This document shows positions 30,337-40,284 of a stretch of 64,000 nt of DNA, one piece after another; the stretch's first letter is position 1, and every line of letters begins with the position of its first letter. The stretch lies in contig CAMCEE010000009.1 of the NCBI GenBank assembly GCA_945873815.1, positions 218 to 64,217 on the forward strand. Reading direction: 5' to 3'. Under the pieces are notes generated by a model, which saw nothing but the letters and a program-made list of their open reading frames with translations, ran no database searches and was not told where the DNA came from. Source of the stretch: an uncultured Bacillales bacterium (GTDB taxonomy: Bacteria > Bacillota_I > Bacilli_A > RFN20 > CAG-449). The translations under genes and the position numbers were made by a program.

Positions 30337-31995
30337 ATGTTAAGGAAATTGAGCATTAAAAATTTTGCAGTAATTGAAGATATCTCAATCGATTTTAAAG
30401 AAGGAATGAATGTTTTAATTGGTGAAACAGGTGCAGGTAAATCAATTATTATCGACGCATTAAGCCTTCTTAAAGGTGAGAAATCGATGTTTGATAAGAT
30501 TAGAATCGGACAAGAGAAAGCTTATATTACTGGCGAATTTGTAATTACGAACGAGGATTTATTAAATAGATTAAAAAGTGAATATGAAGAATTAATCGAT
30601 GATTCCACTTTAATTGTTTCTAGAAGTTTAGATATTACAAATAAATCAATTGCAAAAGTAAATTATCATACCGTACCACTTTCTGTATTAAAAAGAATCA
30701 TGGATTGTATAATCGATATTCATTCGCAACACAAAAATAATATTTTCTTTGATGAAACAAAACAATTAGGTTTGATTGATAAATATATTAAGACACAAAA
30801 AGAAAGCGAATATGATAATGTTTATTCATCTTATAAGAATAAATATTTTGATTTAGTTGAAGAAAAAAGAAAATTAAACGAGATTAAGAAAATTAAAGAC
30901 AATATTGATGATATCGATTATCTAACATATCAATATGAAGAATTATCAAAAGCTAACATAAAGGAAAATGAAATTGAAGAAGTCGAAAGCGAATTAAAAA
31001 CACTTGAATCATTTGAAGAATTCTCATCTATTATGACACAATTTAACGATGCTTATAGTTCGGCTTCAAATAATCTTTATACTGCAAAAAAACTTCTAGA
31101 AAAGATTAAAAATGAGCAATTTGAGGAGGATATTGAAAGATTTTCTTCGTCTTATTATGAAATGGAAGATGCTTTTGAAGCAATTAATGATAGATTTAAT
31201 AAATGCGCTCAAAGCCTAGATAGAATAGACTATTTGAAAACTAGGAAAACTTTGTTTTCATCTTTAAAAAGAAAGTATGGTTCTTCGACAAAAGAGATAT
31301 TAGAACGTTTTAATCTAATTAAAGAACAAATCGACATACTTTCTGATTATGAATACAATATTGAAAGACAAATGAAGGTAATTGAAAAAAAAGAAAAAGA
31401 AGCGTATGATAAGGCGAAGATTCTTTCTGATTTTAGAAAAAATCAATTAGGAGATTTAGAAAGTAAGATTAATCAAGAACTTCATGATTTATTATTAGAA
31501 AATGCCGAATTCATGATTAATATTGATGAATGTGAACTTAATGAAGAAGGAAGCGATAAGATTACCTTTATGATAAAAGCTAATGTTGGAGGGCGTTTTC
31601 TTTCTTTAAAAGATTCTGCTTCACTTGGAGAAACTAGTAGACTTAATCTTGCACTTAAGACTGTATTTAATTCGATTAATCCAGTTGAGACGATTATCTT
31701 TGATGAAATCGATACAGGAATATCAGGAAGAGTTGCGATTGCAACTTCAAAGAAAATTAATTCCATCTCTAGAAAAGAACAATCAATTGTCATTACTCAT
31801 CTTCCTCAAGTTGCAGTTGGAGGAGATCATCATTATTTTGTAAAAAAGAATATAGTAGAAGGTGAAACTAAAACTACTATCAATGAATTAACCTATGATG
31901 AAGCAATTAAGGAGATTGCAAAAATCATTGCAAACAATGATAACAATGAAGCGATTAAAGTTGTCAAAGAATTGATTAAAGAAGTTAAGAATTAG
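30337..31995 (+). CDS. recN: DNA repair protein RecN
   Basis: MLRKLSIKNFAVIED, Walker A GETGAGKS, signature-region SLGETSRLNLALK, Walker B IIFDEIDTGISG. Confidence 0.93.
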   Translation: MLRKLSIKNFAVIEDISIDFKEGMNVLIGETGAGKSIIIDALSLLKGEKSMFDKIRIGQEKAYITGEFVITNEDLLNRLKSEYEELIDDSTLIVSRSLDITNKSIAKVNYHTVPLSVLKRIMDCIIDIHSQHKNNIFFDETKQLGLIDKYIKTQKESEYDNVYSSYKNKYFDLVEEKRKLNEIKKIKDNIDDIDYLTYQYEELSKANIKENEIEEVESELKTLESFEEFSSIMTQFNDAYSSASNNLYTAKKLLEKIKNEQFEEDIERFSSSYYEMEDAFEAINDRFNKCAQSLDRIDYLKTRKTLFSSLKRKYGSSTKEILERFNLIKEQIDILSDYEYNIERQMKVIEKKEKEAYDKAKILSDFRKNQLGDLESKINQELHDLLLENAEFMINIDECELNEEGSDKITFMIKANVGGRFLSLKDSASLGETSRLNLALKTVFNSINPVETIIFDEIDTGISGRVAIATSKKINSISRKEQSIVITHLPQVAVGGDHHYFVKKNIVEGETKTTINELTYDEAIKEIAKIIANNDNNEAIKVVKELIKEVKN

Positions 31996-32052
31996 AAGAT
32001 TTTTCCATTTTAAGTTTGATTTTTTTGTAAAAAATAGATTTAGGTGATTAAT

Positions 32053-33036
32053 ATGAATATATGTGCATTACTTGGATCTATTTTTTTAACATCGTTTATT
32101 CCAAAAAATGAGATGTATTATCTACTTCCTGGTGGAGATAATATAGTTTTTGATATTAAACTTGATGGATTAGTAATTACTGGAGGATATAATATTAGAA
32201 TTGAAAACGAAGTGCATAATCCTCTTACTCATTCAGATTTAAGAATCGGAGATACGATAACTTCAATCGAAGGATTTACAATTGATTCAATTGAATCTTT
32301 TATGAAATATATTAATAATACAACAAAAAATGAAGTTGAATTAGGGGTAATTCGAGGAGATACAGAATTAAAACGAAGGCTAAAATTAGTTTATGAGGAT
32401 AATACAATAAAAACTGGATTATACGTTAAAAATGACGTTTATGGCGTTGGGACAATCTCATACATTGATCCTAATAATAATACATATGGAGCTTTAGGGC
32501 ATGAAGTGATTGATGAAGTAACAAAAAAATCGATTAGAAGTAGAAATGGTAAATCATATTATGAAAATGTGATAAAAATAAATAAGGGAAAAACGTTTCA
32601 TCCAGGATCGAAAGAAAGTGAAGTAACATTAAATAATCTTCTAGGTAATATTAATATGTGTAACCAATATGGTTTATTTGGTAATATTAGTGATAAGAAA
32701 ATTAATAGAAAAAAGATGATGGTTGCAAGAAAAGATGAAATTAAATTAGGAGAAGCATCTGTTAGAACGTCAATAAGAGGGAACATAATCGAAGAATTTA
32801 AAATTAGAATCACAAATATTAACAAGGATGAATTAGATAAAAGTAAGGGACTGATGTTTGAAATAGTTGATCCTTCTTTAATAGAAGTTGCAGGAGGTGT
32901 ATATTCTGGAATGTCTGGATCTCCTATAATACAAAATAATAAGTTGATCGGTGTTGTAACGCATGTGATTAACGCTAACATAAACAAAGGTTATGCGCTT
33001 TATATTGACACAATGTATAATCATTCAGCGAAATAA
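32053..33036 (+). CDS. spoIVB: SpoIVB (S55) sporulation signalling serine peptidase
   Basis: PDZ-like segment (LRIGDTITSIEG), GALGHEV (His), and SGMSGSPI (Ser). Conserved recN-spoIVB-spo0A order. The ATG at 32053 follows AGGTGA. Confidence 0.85.
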   Translation: MNICALLGSIFLTSFIPKNEMYYLLPGGDNIVFDIKLDGLVITGGYNIRIENEVHNPLTHSDLRIGDTITSIEGFTIDSIESFMKYINNTTKNEVELGVIRGDTELKRRLKLVYEDNTIKTGLYVKNDVYGVGTISYIDPNNNTYGALGHEVIDEVTKKSIRSRNGKSYYENVIKINKGKTFHPGSKESEVTLNNLLGNINMCNQYGLFGNISDKKINRKKMMVARKDEIKLGEASVRTSIRGNIIEEFKIRITNINKDELDKSKGLMFEIVDPSLIEVAGGVYSGMSGSPIIQNNKLIGVVTHVINANINKGYALYIDTMYNHSAK

Positions 33037-33197
33037 AATATAGAAAGATATGCCAAAATGGTGAGATTTGAAAGCATTTGTCGTTTATAGAGAGAATAAA
33101 AACATTCAATTATTTCATTTTTTGAATATGTGATAAAGTATGAATATCTTTCAAAAAAGGTAGCTACTTAATTGAAGAAAACATAGGAGAACAATAA

Positions 33198-33977
33198 ATG
33201 GAAAAGAAAAGTATCTTTATAATCGATGATAGTATGGATTATATTAATAGTGTTTCTAGACGTGTAGCAGAAGAAGAGAATATGATAATAAAAGATTATG
33301 CTTTGGATGGAAAACAAGCTTTACAAAAACTCCAAAAATATAATGATATCGATGTATTAATCGTTGATTTAGTAACTCCAGTTTACGATGGTTATAGAGT
33401 TTTAAAGGAAATCAAAGAGAATAAAATGTTGTATCCAAATATAAACTTTATCATCTGTCAATCAGGAATCATCAATGACAACCTACTTGCTTTACTATCT
33501 TCGTATGGTTGTGATTTGTTCTTATTAAAACCATATTCGATCGAAGTTTTAATCGATCATATTAATAATGCTTCAGATAAGAGAGAAAAAGTAAGTACTA
33601 AAGAACAAGTAATAGAAAAAAAGATTACTAAAGTATTACATGAAGTAGGCATACCTGCTCATATAAAAGGATATGAATATCTTCGTACTGCGATTAATTC
33701 TTCGTATGAGAATCCGGAATATTTTAGTCAGATTACAAAAATCTTATATCCTGAGATTGCTAAAAAATATAAAACGACGGGATCGAGAGTTGAAAGAGCA
33801 ATTAGACATGCAATTGAGGTTGCATGGAATAGAGGAAACATTGATGCAATAGATGAAATATTCGGTTATACTATTTCTGCAAGTAAAGCAAAACCTACAA
33901 ATTCAGAATTTATTGCAATGATTTCAGATTATATTAAAATGAATAATAATATGATTGATGCAAAGTTGAAAATTTAA
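33198..33977 (+). CDS. spo0A: Sporulation master response regulator Spo0A
   Basis: Receiver domain ([20 protein letters not shown]) plus the Spo0A-specific C-terminal domain ([16 protein letters not shown]...[15 protein letters not shown]...[11 protein letters not shown]). Confidence 0.93.
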   Translation: MEKKSIFIIDDSMDYINSVSRRVAEEENMIIKDYALDGKQALQKLQKYNDIDVLIVDLVTPVYDGYRVLKEIKENKMLYPNINFIICQSGIINDNLLALLSSYGCDLFLLKPYSIEVLIDHINNASDKREKVSTKEQVIEKKITKVLHEVGIPAHIKGYEYLRTAINSSYENPEYFSQITKILYPEIAKKYKTTGSRVERAIRHAIEVAWNRGNIDAIDEIFGYTISASKAKPTNSEFIAMISDYIKMNNNMIDAKLKI

Positions 33978-34056
33978 GAAAAAGGCTTAAAAAATAGAGA
34001 ATTAGTAAATAATTAGTAATAAATAAGTATATTATTGTGTAAAGCATTTATATTAT

Positions 34057-34136
34057 AAGCAAATTGATTAGTAATTGTATTAATAGTTTATTAGAAATAA
34101 TAACAATAAACTACAGATGTCAATTTGCTTTTTTTA
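34057..34136 (+). terminator. Long composite hairpin terminator after spo0A
   Basis: Outer 11-bp arms AAGCAAATTGA (34057-34067) / TCAATTTGCTT (34120-34130). Inner arms TAGTTTATT / AATAAACTA. Followed by T5. Confidence 0.55.
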
Positions 34137-34152
34137 GATATTATGATATAAT
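34125..34152 (+). promoter_or_regulatory. Sigma-A promoter with extended -10 for the GGDEF gene
   Basis: TTGCTT (34125-34130), 16-nt spacer, TGATATAAT (TATAAT at 34147-34152). Confidence 0.5.
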
Positions 34153-34189
34153 ATTTTTAACTTATTAAAGAAGTAGGAGAATTATTATT

Positions 34190-35251
34190 ATGGACTACGT
34201 AGAAACTAATTGTTTTTCTTATTTTAAAGACAAAGATTTATCTCATTCTCTTGATTTTCTAACAGGAGTTTTAAATCGTGAAACTTTTAATTCTTATGTC
34301 AATCATCTAATTGAAACTGGAGTTCCTTTTACTATCGCACTTATTGATATGGATAATTTTAAAACGATTAATGATTCATATGGTCATATAATTGGCGATA
34401 AAGTGCTAATTGAATATGCAGAAGAATTAAAAAGGGAATTCAATGGATTAGGTGTTATCGGAAGGTTTGGTGGAGATGAATTCTTGGTTGTCTTAGAAGG
34501 AATTACACAATACGATGACATTTGGAATATTTTCCATAACATTTATAACAAGATTCAAAGAAAAGAATCACAAACATTAAAAAATGAAAAGGTTACATTC
34601 ACCTCGGGAGTTGTAAGATTTCCAAAAGATGGTGATAATTATCTATCCCTCGTTGAAAAAATGGATAAAGCATTATACCGAGGTAAAGTTAAAGGGAAAT
34701 GTTGTTTTATCATTTATTTAAAAGAAAAACATGAAAATATTGAAATTAAATCAATCCTAGAAAAAACGACATCAACTATTGATTTAATTGATAAGTCTTA
34801 CGATTTTCTCTTAAATAACAAGTGTCCTATAGAAGAGAGGATTAACGATTTATTCACATACTTGTCAAACACTTTGATGTTCAATCATTTATGCATCCAA
34901 ACAGGGTACAACATGAAATATGAAAGAATTCACCTTCTATCAAAAATTAGGGATTTTGAACCGCTTAAATATGATTTGATAGAAAATAATTTTAATGCTC
35001 ATGGCGTATCAGGAATCAATAATGTTGATTATCTTAAATTGATTAAAAAAGAAGAACTATACGATGATTTTAAAAAGCAAGATATCCGATCAAATCTATG
35101 CATTTCTATTAATGCCTATGGAAAAAGATACGGATTCATTAGAGTAGATCATGAACAAAATAGAGCATGGGATAATAATATAATTGAATTATTAACAATT
35201 ATTGCAAGAACAATTGGCATTCTTCTATACCATAATAATACTACTTTGTAA
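34190..35251 (+). CDS. Diguanylate cyclase (GGDEF) with a C-terminal GAF-like domain
   Basis: The GGDEF domain begins ~20 aa from the N-terminus (LDFLTGVLNRETF, DMDNFKTINDSYGH, RFGGDEFLVV). The ~170-aa C-terminal domain ends with the pattern NRAWDNNIIELLTIIARTIG. Confidence 0.8.
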   Translation: MDYVETNCFSYFKDKDLSHSLDFLTGVLNRETFNSYVNHLIETGVPFTIALIDMDNFKTINDSYGHIIGDKVLIEYAEELKREFNGLGVIGRFGGDEFLVVLEGITQYDDIWNIFHNIYNKIQRKESQTLKNEKVTFTSGVVRFPKDGDNYLSLVEKMDKALYRGKVKGKCCFIIYLKEKHENIEIKSILEKTTSTIDLIDKSYDFLLNNKCPIEERINDLFTYLSNTLMFNHLCIQTGYNMKYERIHLLSKIRDFEPLKYDLIENNFNAHGVSGINNVDYLKLIKKEELYDDFKKQDIRSNLCISINAYGKRYGFIRVDHEQNRAWDNNIIELLTIIARTIGILLYHNNTTL

Positions 35252-35323
35252 TAACTATCATTTATCTGTAGAAAAGAATATCTTTATGAGCTATAATTAA
35301 ACTCGTTGTGAAGGGAGGAAATT

Positions 35324-36709
35324 ATGACTAGAAAAAAAGATATTCTTTATTTTATTAAAAAATTATTAACTATTTCAATTCCAATCATTCTTTCAAATCT
35401 CTTTGTTAATCTCGCATCACTAATCGATACGATGATGGTTGGTAACCTTGAAGGAGTGTCTGAAGTATCCTTATCTGGAGTTTACATTGCAACTCAAATC
35501 ATATTTGTTATTAATCTTGCTGTATTTGGATCTGTTGAAGGAGCAGGAGTTTTCTTTTCTCAATTCTTAGGCAAAAAAGATTATGCTCATTTGAGCAATA
35601 CTTTTGCTTTTAAACTTATTTCCAGCTTTATCGTTACTTTTCTTTCAACGCTTATTGTCTATGCTTTTGGTAGGCAATTAGTTTCAATATTTACATACGA
35701 TGATGTTACAATCGAAATTGCGCTTCAATATTTACGAATTGTTGGAATTTCGATTATTCCTTTTGGAGTTACTGTTTCTTGTACTACTTCGCTTCGCGAA
35801 TCGCATAGTACGATAGCACCGATGATTGTAACTTTATGTGGTATTTTTGTTAATCTTTTTGTGAATTATATTTTGATTTTTGGAAACTGGGGTGCACCTA
35901 AATTGGAAGCTGCAGGTGCAGCGATAGGTACTGTATGTAATCGTTATTTTGAGTTTATTGTTATTATCATTGTATTAATTGTTAAAAAGAAAGATTTTAC
36001 GAAGAATTTACTTGCAAGTTTTAAAATTGATAGTGAACTATTGAAGAATTTGATATTAAAATCTATTCCGCTTTTATTAAACGAATTATTTTGGTCACTT
36101 GGACAAACTTGTTTAGTATATGTATTTACACAAAAAAATGAAATTGCAACAACAGTACTACCTATTGTATCTACAATTTTCAATCTTATCATGGTTGTTT
36201 CACTTGGAATGGGGAATGGTATTTCGATAATAATTGGTAACATTCTTGGTTCAAATGATTCAAAAGAAGCTCAAAATAAAGCTTATGTTTCATTGATTTT
36301 TTCGTTGCTTTTGTCGATATTATTAGGTACGATTTTATTCATTTCTTCTCCTGAAATTGTTTCTTTATATTCTGGAATTAGTTTAGAAACGAAAGAGATT
36401 GCAACTTATTTACTTAAATTTGATGCGATATATTTAGTTATTGCAACAATTGATACTATTATGTTTTTCCTCCTTCGAGCTGGAGGAAGAACATTAGTTG
36501 TTTTCCTTTTTGATTCTGCTTTCGGATGGATTGTATCAATTCCAGTTGCCTTCTTATTTTATCGATTCCTTCCTAATATTTCTTTCGAACAACTATTTAT
36601 CTATGTATATTTATTTGATTTATTAAAAACAGTAATTGGAATGGTACTTATCTTTTCAAAAGTTTGGAATCGCAATATCATTAATCGATATCAAAATGAA
36701 GTGAAATAA
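35324..36709 (+). CDS. MATE-family efflux transporter
   Basis: 461 aa with about 12 TM helices and the N-terminal pattern LLTISIPIILSNLFVNLASLIDTMMVG. Confidence 0.8.
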   Translation: MTRKKDILYFIKKLLTISIPIILSNLFVNLASLIDTMMVGNLEGVSEVSLSGVYIATQIIFVINLAVFGSVEGAGVFFSQFLGKKDYAHLSNTFAFKLISSFIVTFLSTLIVYAFGRQLVSIFTYDDVTIEIALQYLRIVGISIIPFGVTVSCTTSLRESHSTIAPMIVTLCGIFVNLFVNYILIFGNWGAPKLEAAGAAIGTVCNRYFEFIVIIIVLIVKKKDFTKNLLASFKIDSELLKNLILKSIPLLLNELFWSLGQTCLVYVFTQKNEIATTVLPIVSTIFNLIMVVSLGMGNGISIIIGNILGSNDSKEAQNKAYVSLIFSLLLSILLGTILFISSPEIVSLYSGISLETKEIATYLLKFDAIYLVIATIDTIMFFLLRAGGRTLVVFLFDSAFGWIVSIPVAFLFYRFLPNISFEQLFIYVYLFDLLKTVIGMVLIFSKVWNRNIINRYQNEVK

Positions 36710-36794
36710 TAATTTTTACTTCATTTTTTATAAGATATTGGTTTATATATTTTCTAGTAAATAATAATGTTTTATAATATCTATGGAGGTACTT

Positions 36795-37970
36795 ATGAGC
36801 AAGATTATCATGCATATTGATTTAAATGCCTTTTTTGCTACTGCAGAAGTAATTAAAGATCCTTCTTTAGAAGGAAAGCCTTTAATAGTTGCAGGAAATT
36901 CAAGAAGAGGGATTGTTTCAACTGCATCATATGAAGCAAGAAAATATGGTATACATTCTGCAATGCCTACATATCAAGCTCAAAGATTATGTCCAGGAGT
37001 AATTATTAGAGGAGGAGATTTTGAACTCTATCATCGATTGAGTAATGATTTTTTCAATTATGTACGAAATTACACTAATATTATAGAAATCGCATCAATA
37101 GATGAATGCTATGCTGACATGAGTGAATGTATGAAGGATGTCAAAGATCCTGTTGAATATCTCAAGAACCTTCAAAATGATTTATATGAAAAAACGAAAT
37201 TAAAATGCTCAATAGGATTAGCACCTAATAAATTTTTAGCCAAGATGGCTTCTGATATGAAAAAGCCAATGGGAATAACAATCATTAGAAAAAAAGATGT
37301 TAAAAAGATTCTTTGGCCAATAAAAATAAAAGATATGTATGGAGTTGGCAAAAAAACTTTTCCTCGTTTAGAAAGACTAGGAATAAAAACAATTGGTGAC
37401 TTAGCAAGGACTGAATCACTAGAAGTGAAGAAAATGCTTGGAAAAGGGTATGATTTATTGAAAGGTTGGGCTAATGGAGAAGGAGACGATAATGTTAATG
37501 TTGAAGAATTTGATCCAAAATCATTAGGTCACTCATCCACTTTTCTATTCGATACAAACGATTATGATGAGATTAAGGATATGATTATGAGATTATCCTA
37601 TTGGGTCAGTGAAGGAGTTAAAAAAGAAAAAAAGATTGGATCTACGGTTTCTTTAGTCATGAAAGATACTTCATTCCATACAATTAGTAGAAGTAAAACT
37701 TTATTTGAAGCAACAGATGATGTGCGTGTTATTTATAATACTGCACTTGATTTATTCGATAAGAATTTTGATAATGAACCAATACGTTTAGTCGGTGTCA
37801 CATTATCTAATCTTATTAATAAAGATAATTATTACGTTCAAATGTCTTTATTTGATATAGAAAGACACAAAAATAAATGTGCGACAAAGATACTTATCAG
37901 TCAACTAAACAATAAATTTAGAAAGGATTTATTTATAAGAGCCTCAGATTTAAAGAAAGAGAGAAAATGA
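36795..37970 (+). CDS. dinB: DNA polymerase IV (Y-family)
   Basis: IMHIDLNAFFA, SIDECY, and HhH/little-finger regions. The ATG at 36795 follows GGAGG. Confidence 0.9.
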   Translation: MSKIIMHIDLNAFFATAEVIKDPSLEGKPLIVAGNSRRGIVSTASYEARKYGIHSAMPTYQAQRLCPGVIIRGGDFELYHRLSNDFFNYVRNYTNIIEIASIDECYADMSECMKDVKDPVEYLKNLQNDLYEKTKLKCSIGLAPNKFLAKMASDMKKPMGITIIRKKDVKKILWPIKIKDMYGVGKKTFPRLERLGIKTIGDLARTESLEVKKMLGKGYDLLKGWANGEGDDNVNVEEFDPKSLGHSSTFLFDTNDYDEIKDMIMRLSYWVSEGVKKEKKIGSTVSLVMKDTSFHTISRSKTLFEATDDVRVIYNTALDLFDKNFDNEPIRLVGVTLSNLINKDNYYVQMSLFDIERHKNKCATKILISQLNNKFRKDLFIRASDLKKERK

Positions 37971-38848
37971 TGAAAAAAGAAGAAGCATATGAAACTTTCA
38001 TCGAATATTTGACGATTGAAAGAGGATTAACTAAGAACACGATTAAGAATTACGGGGATGATATTCTTCATTTTTTTGCATTTAATGATAAAAAGAATAT
38101 AAATGATTATTCATGCAAAGACATCGAGGATTACATTCAATATCTTTCTTCAAATGGAAAAGCAAGTAAAACCATTATCCGTCAAGGAACATCGATTCGA
38201 TTATTTTTTTCATATCTATCTAAAAATGGGATTTATACTAAAAGAATAGAGAAGATTGATATGCCAAAACTTGGTCATCATCTACCAAATGTATTATCAA
38301 GCGAAGATATTGAATCATTATTCGAACAACCTGATTTATCAAAAGGGGAAGGAATTAGAGATCGCGCAATGCTTGAAACAATGTATGCATGTGGATTAAG
38401 AGTAAGTGAATTGTTATCGTTAAAACTATCTTCAATATCATCTACCTTAGATTGTTTAAAGATTTATGGCAAAGGGAATAAAGAAAGATTAGTTCCAATA
38501 AGCGATTATGCGATTTTATATTTAGAAAAATATATAAATGAAGTTAGATGCAAAAATAAGGGAAGAAATTCTCCATACGTTTTTCTCTCTCATTTTGGTA
38601 AACCAATATCTAGACAATATTTCTGGAAACAAATAAAAAAATACGCGCATACAGCTTCAATATCAATTGAAATAAGCCCACATACCCTAAGACACAGTTT
38701 TGCAACGCATTTGGTCGAAAATGGGGCAAAATTGCGTATGGTTCAAGAAGTGCTAGGACATACTTCTATTGTTACTACGCAAATATATACTCACGTTTCA
38801 AGTAAGCGAATTATTTCTGCTTATGATTTGTATATGAATAAAAAATAA
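37967..38848 (+). CDS. xerD: Tyrosine site-specific recombinase XerD (RipX-like; XerC not excluded)
   Basis: 293 aa. Catalytic residues lie in GLRVSEL (R), HTLRHSFATH (H-x-x-R), LGH and TQIYTHV (Y). Adjacent to deoB, as B. subtilis ripX is near drm. Confidence 0.8.
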   Translation: MMKKEEAYETFIEYLTIERGLTKNTIKNYGDDILHFFAFNDKKNINDYSCKDIEDYIQYLSSNGKASKTIIRQGTSIRLFFSYLSKNGIYTKRIEKIDMPKLGHHLPNVLSSEDIESLFEQPDLSKGEGIRDRAMLETMYACGLRVSELLSLKLSSISSTLDCLKIYGKGNKERLVPISDYAILYLEKYINEVRCKNKGRNSPYVFLSHFGKPISRQYFWKQIKKYAHTASISIEISPHTLRHSFATHLVENGAKLRMVQEVLGHTSIVTTQIYTHVSSKRIISAYDLYMNKK

Positions 38849-38876
38849 TGTATAATGTCAAAGGGAGAATAAAAGT

Positions 38877-40070
38877 ATGAAAAAATACAAAAGAGTATTC
38901 CTAATTGTATGCGATTCATTAGGAATAGGAGAAATGCCAGACGCAGAGCGTTTCGGTGACAAAGGATCAAATACCTTTGTACATATCGCAAATGAATGTA
39001 ATGGATTAAACATTCCAAATCTAAATGCATTAGGTATTGCAGACTTAGATGATATTAAAGGTACAACAAAAGTCAAACACCCTAATTCATTTGTTTTTAA
39101 AGCAAGAGAAGCTTCAAATGGAAAAGATACTATGACTGGTCACTGGGAAATGATGGGTATATATACAACTAAACCATTCAAGACCTTCACAGATACTGGT
39201 TTTCCAAAAGAATTAATTGAAGAATTAGAAAATAAAACAGGGCATAAAATAGTTGGTAATTGCTCCGCATCTGGAACGAAAATCATCGAAGATTATGGTG
39301 AACACCAAATTAAAACTGGAGATTTAATCGTTTATACTTCTGCAGATTCCGTTTTACAAATCGCAGCAAATGAAGCAATCATCCCTTTAAATGATTTATA
39401 TAAATATTGTGAGATTGCACGTGAGATTTGCTTAAGACCTGAATACTTATTAGGAAGAATTATTGCACGTCCATTTATCGGAACGAATAAGGATAATTTT
39501 AAAAGAACATCTAACCGTCATGATTATGCGTTGAGTCCATTTTCAAAAACATATATGGATATCCTAAAAGAAAATAATTACGAAGTATCTTGTATTGGTA
39601 AAATCAATGATATCTTCAATGGACAAGGCGTAACAACTACACAAAGAACGATTTCAAATGAAGATGGAATGGTCAAAACTATTTATGAAACAAAAAGAAA
39701 ATTCGAAGGATTATGTTTTGTTAATCTAGTTGAATTTGATTCAGAATATGGTCATAGAAGAAAACCAAAAGAATATGGTCAAGCTATTGAAGAATTTGAT
39801 CACCAACTCGGTCAATTATTAACATCTCTCAATGATGATGATTTATTAATAATTACCGCAGATCATGGTAACGATCCTACATGGAAAGGAAGCGACCATA
39901 CTAGAGAAAAAGTTCCAACCATCATATATTCACCTAGTATTACTACAGGTCGTAAATTAGATGAAACTACCTCATTTGCAGATTTAGGAAGAACAATTAT
40001 TGAGAACTTCAATTTGGAGAAAACAAATGAAGAATTAATCGGTGAAGTAATTAAACCAATATTCGAATAA
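38877..40070 (+). CDS. deoB: Phosphopentomutase
   Basis: MKKYKRVFLIVCDSLGIGEMPDA, and metal-binding TADHGNDPT and GSDHTRE. Confidence 0.93.
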   Translation: MKKYKRVFLIVCDSLGIGEMPDAERFGDKGSNTFVHIANECNGLNIPNLNALGIADLDDIKGTTKVKHPNSFVFKAREASNGKDTMTGHWEMMGIYTTKPFKTFTDTGFPKELIEELENKTGHKIVGNCSASGTKIIEDYGEHQIKTGDLIVYTSADSVLQIAANEAIIPLNDLYKYCEIAREICLRPEYLLGRIIARPFIGTNKDNFKRTSNRHDYALSPFSKTYMDILKENNYEVSCIGKINDIFNGQGVTTTQRTISNEDGMVKTIYETKRKFEGLCFVNLVEFDSEYGHRRKPKEYGQAIEEFDHQLGQLLTSLNDDDLLIITADHGNDPTWKGSDHTREKVPTIIYSPSITTGRKLDETTSFADLGRTIIENFNLEKTNEELIGEVIKPIFE

Positions 40071-40083
40071 ACAAATTAATAAC

Positions 40084-40120
40084 TAACCATGGATAGAAAA
40101 TATCCGTGGTTATTTTTTTT
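40084..40120 (+). terminator. Rho-independent terminator of deoB
   Basis: 12-bp stem TAACCATGGATA (40084-40095) / TATCCGTGGTTA (40101-40112) with one G-U pair, loop GAAAA, and T8. Confidence 0.85.
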
Positions 40121-40284
40121 AGAATTAGATTTTTCAAAACTAATAGTAGATATTTAGTAATATATTAGTATTTTTTTTATAAATAAAATATCGAAAAAAG
40201 TATGTGGATAACTATATAAAATCATGTTGAATTCTGTAATACAATATAATAATAATCCCTAAATATTGGCTTTTTTATTTCATT

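Noticed and set aside
32598-32987. Long antisense ORFs in the track, e.g. 32598-32987, 31482-31793, 35944-36243, 28962-29252, 53434-53745, 6859-7041, 7153-7377 and 52792-53067.
   Set aside because: Each lies entirely inside a well-supported gene on the opposite strand. Their composition is low-complexity or hydrophobic, typical of AT-rich antisense frames, and they lack RBSs.
33079-33085. A 0A-box-like TGTCGTT upstream of spo0A, and possible sigma-H promoter elements (autoregulation).
   Set aside because: Only 5/7 bases match the TGTCGAA consensus, and I could not find convincing sigma-H -35/-10 elements at proper spacing.
40203-40211. A perfect DnaA-box nonamer (TGTGGATAA, the reverse complement of TTATCCACA) in the deoB-mtnN gap, which might suggest an origin.
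   Set aside because: It is a single box with no cluster, no dnaA/dnaN nearby, and genes that converge on the gap rather than diverge from it. One chance occurrence in 64 kb of AT-rich DNA is plausible.
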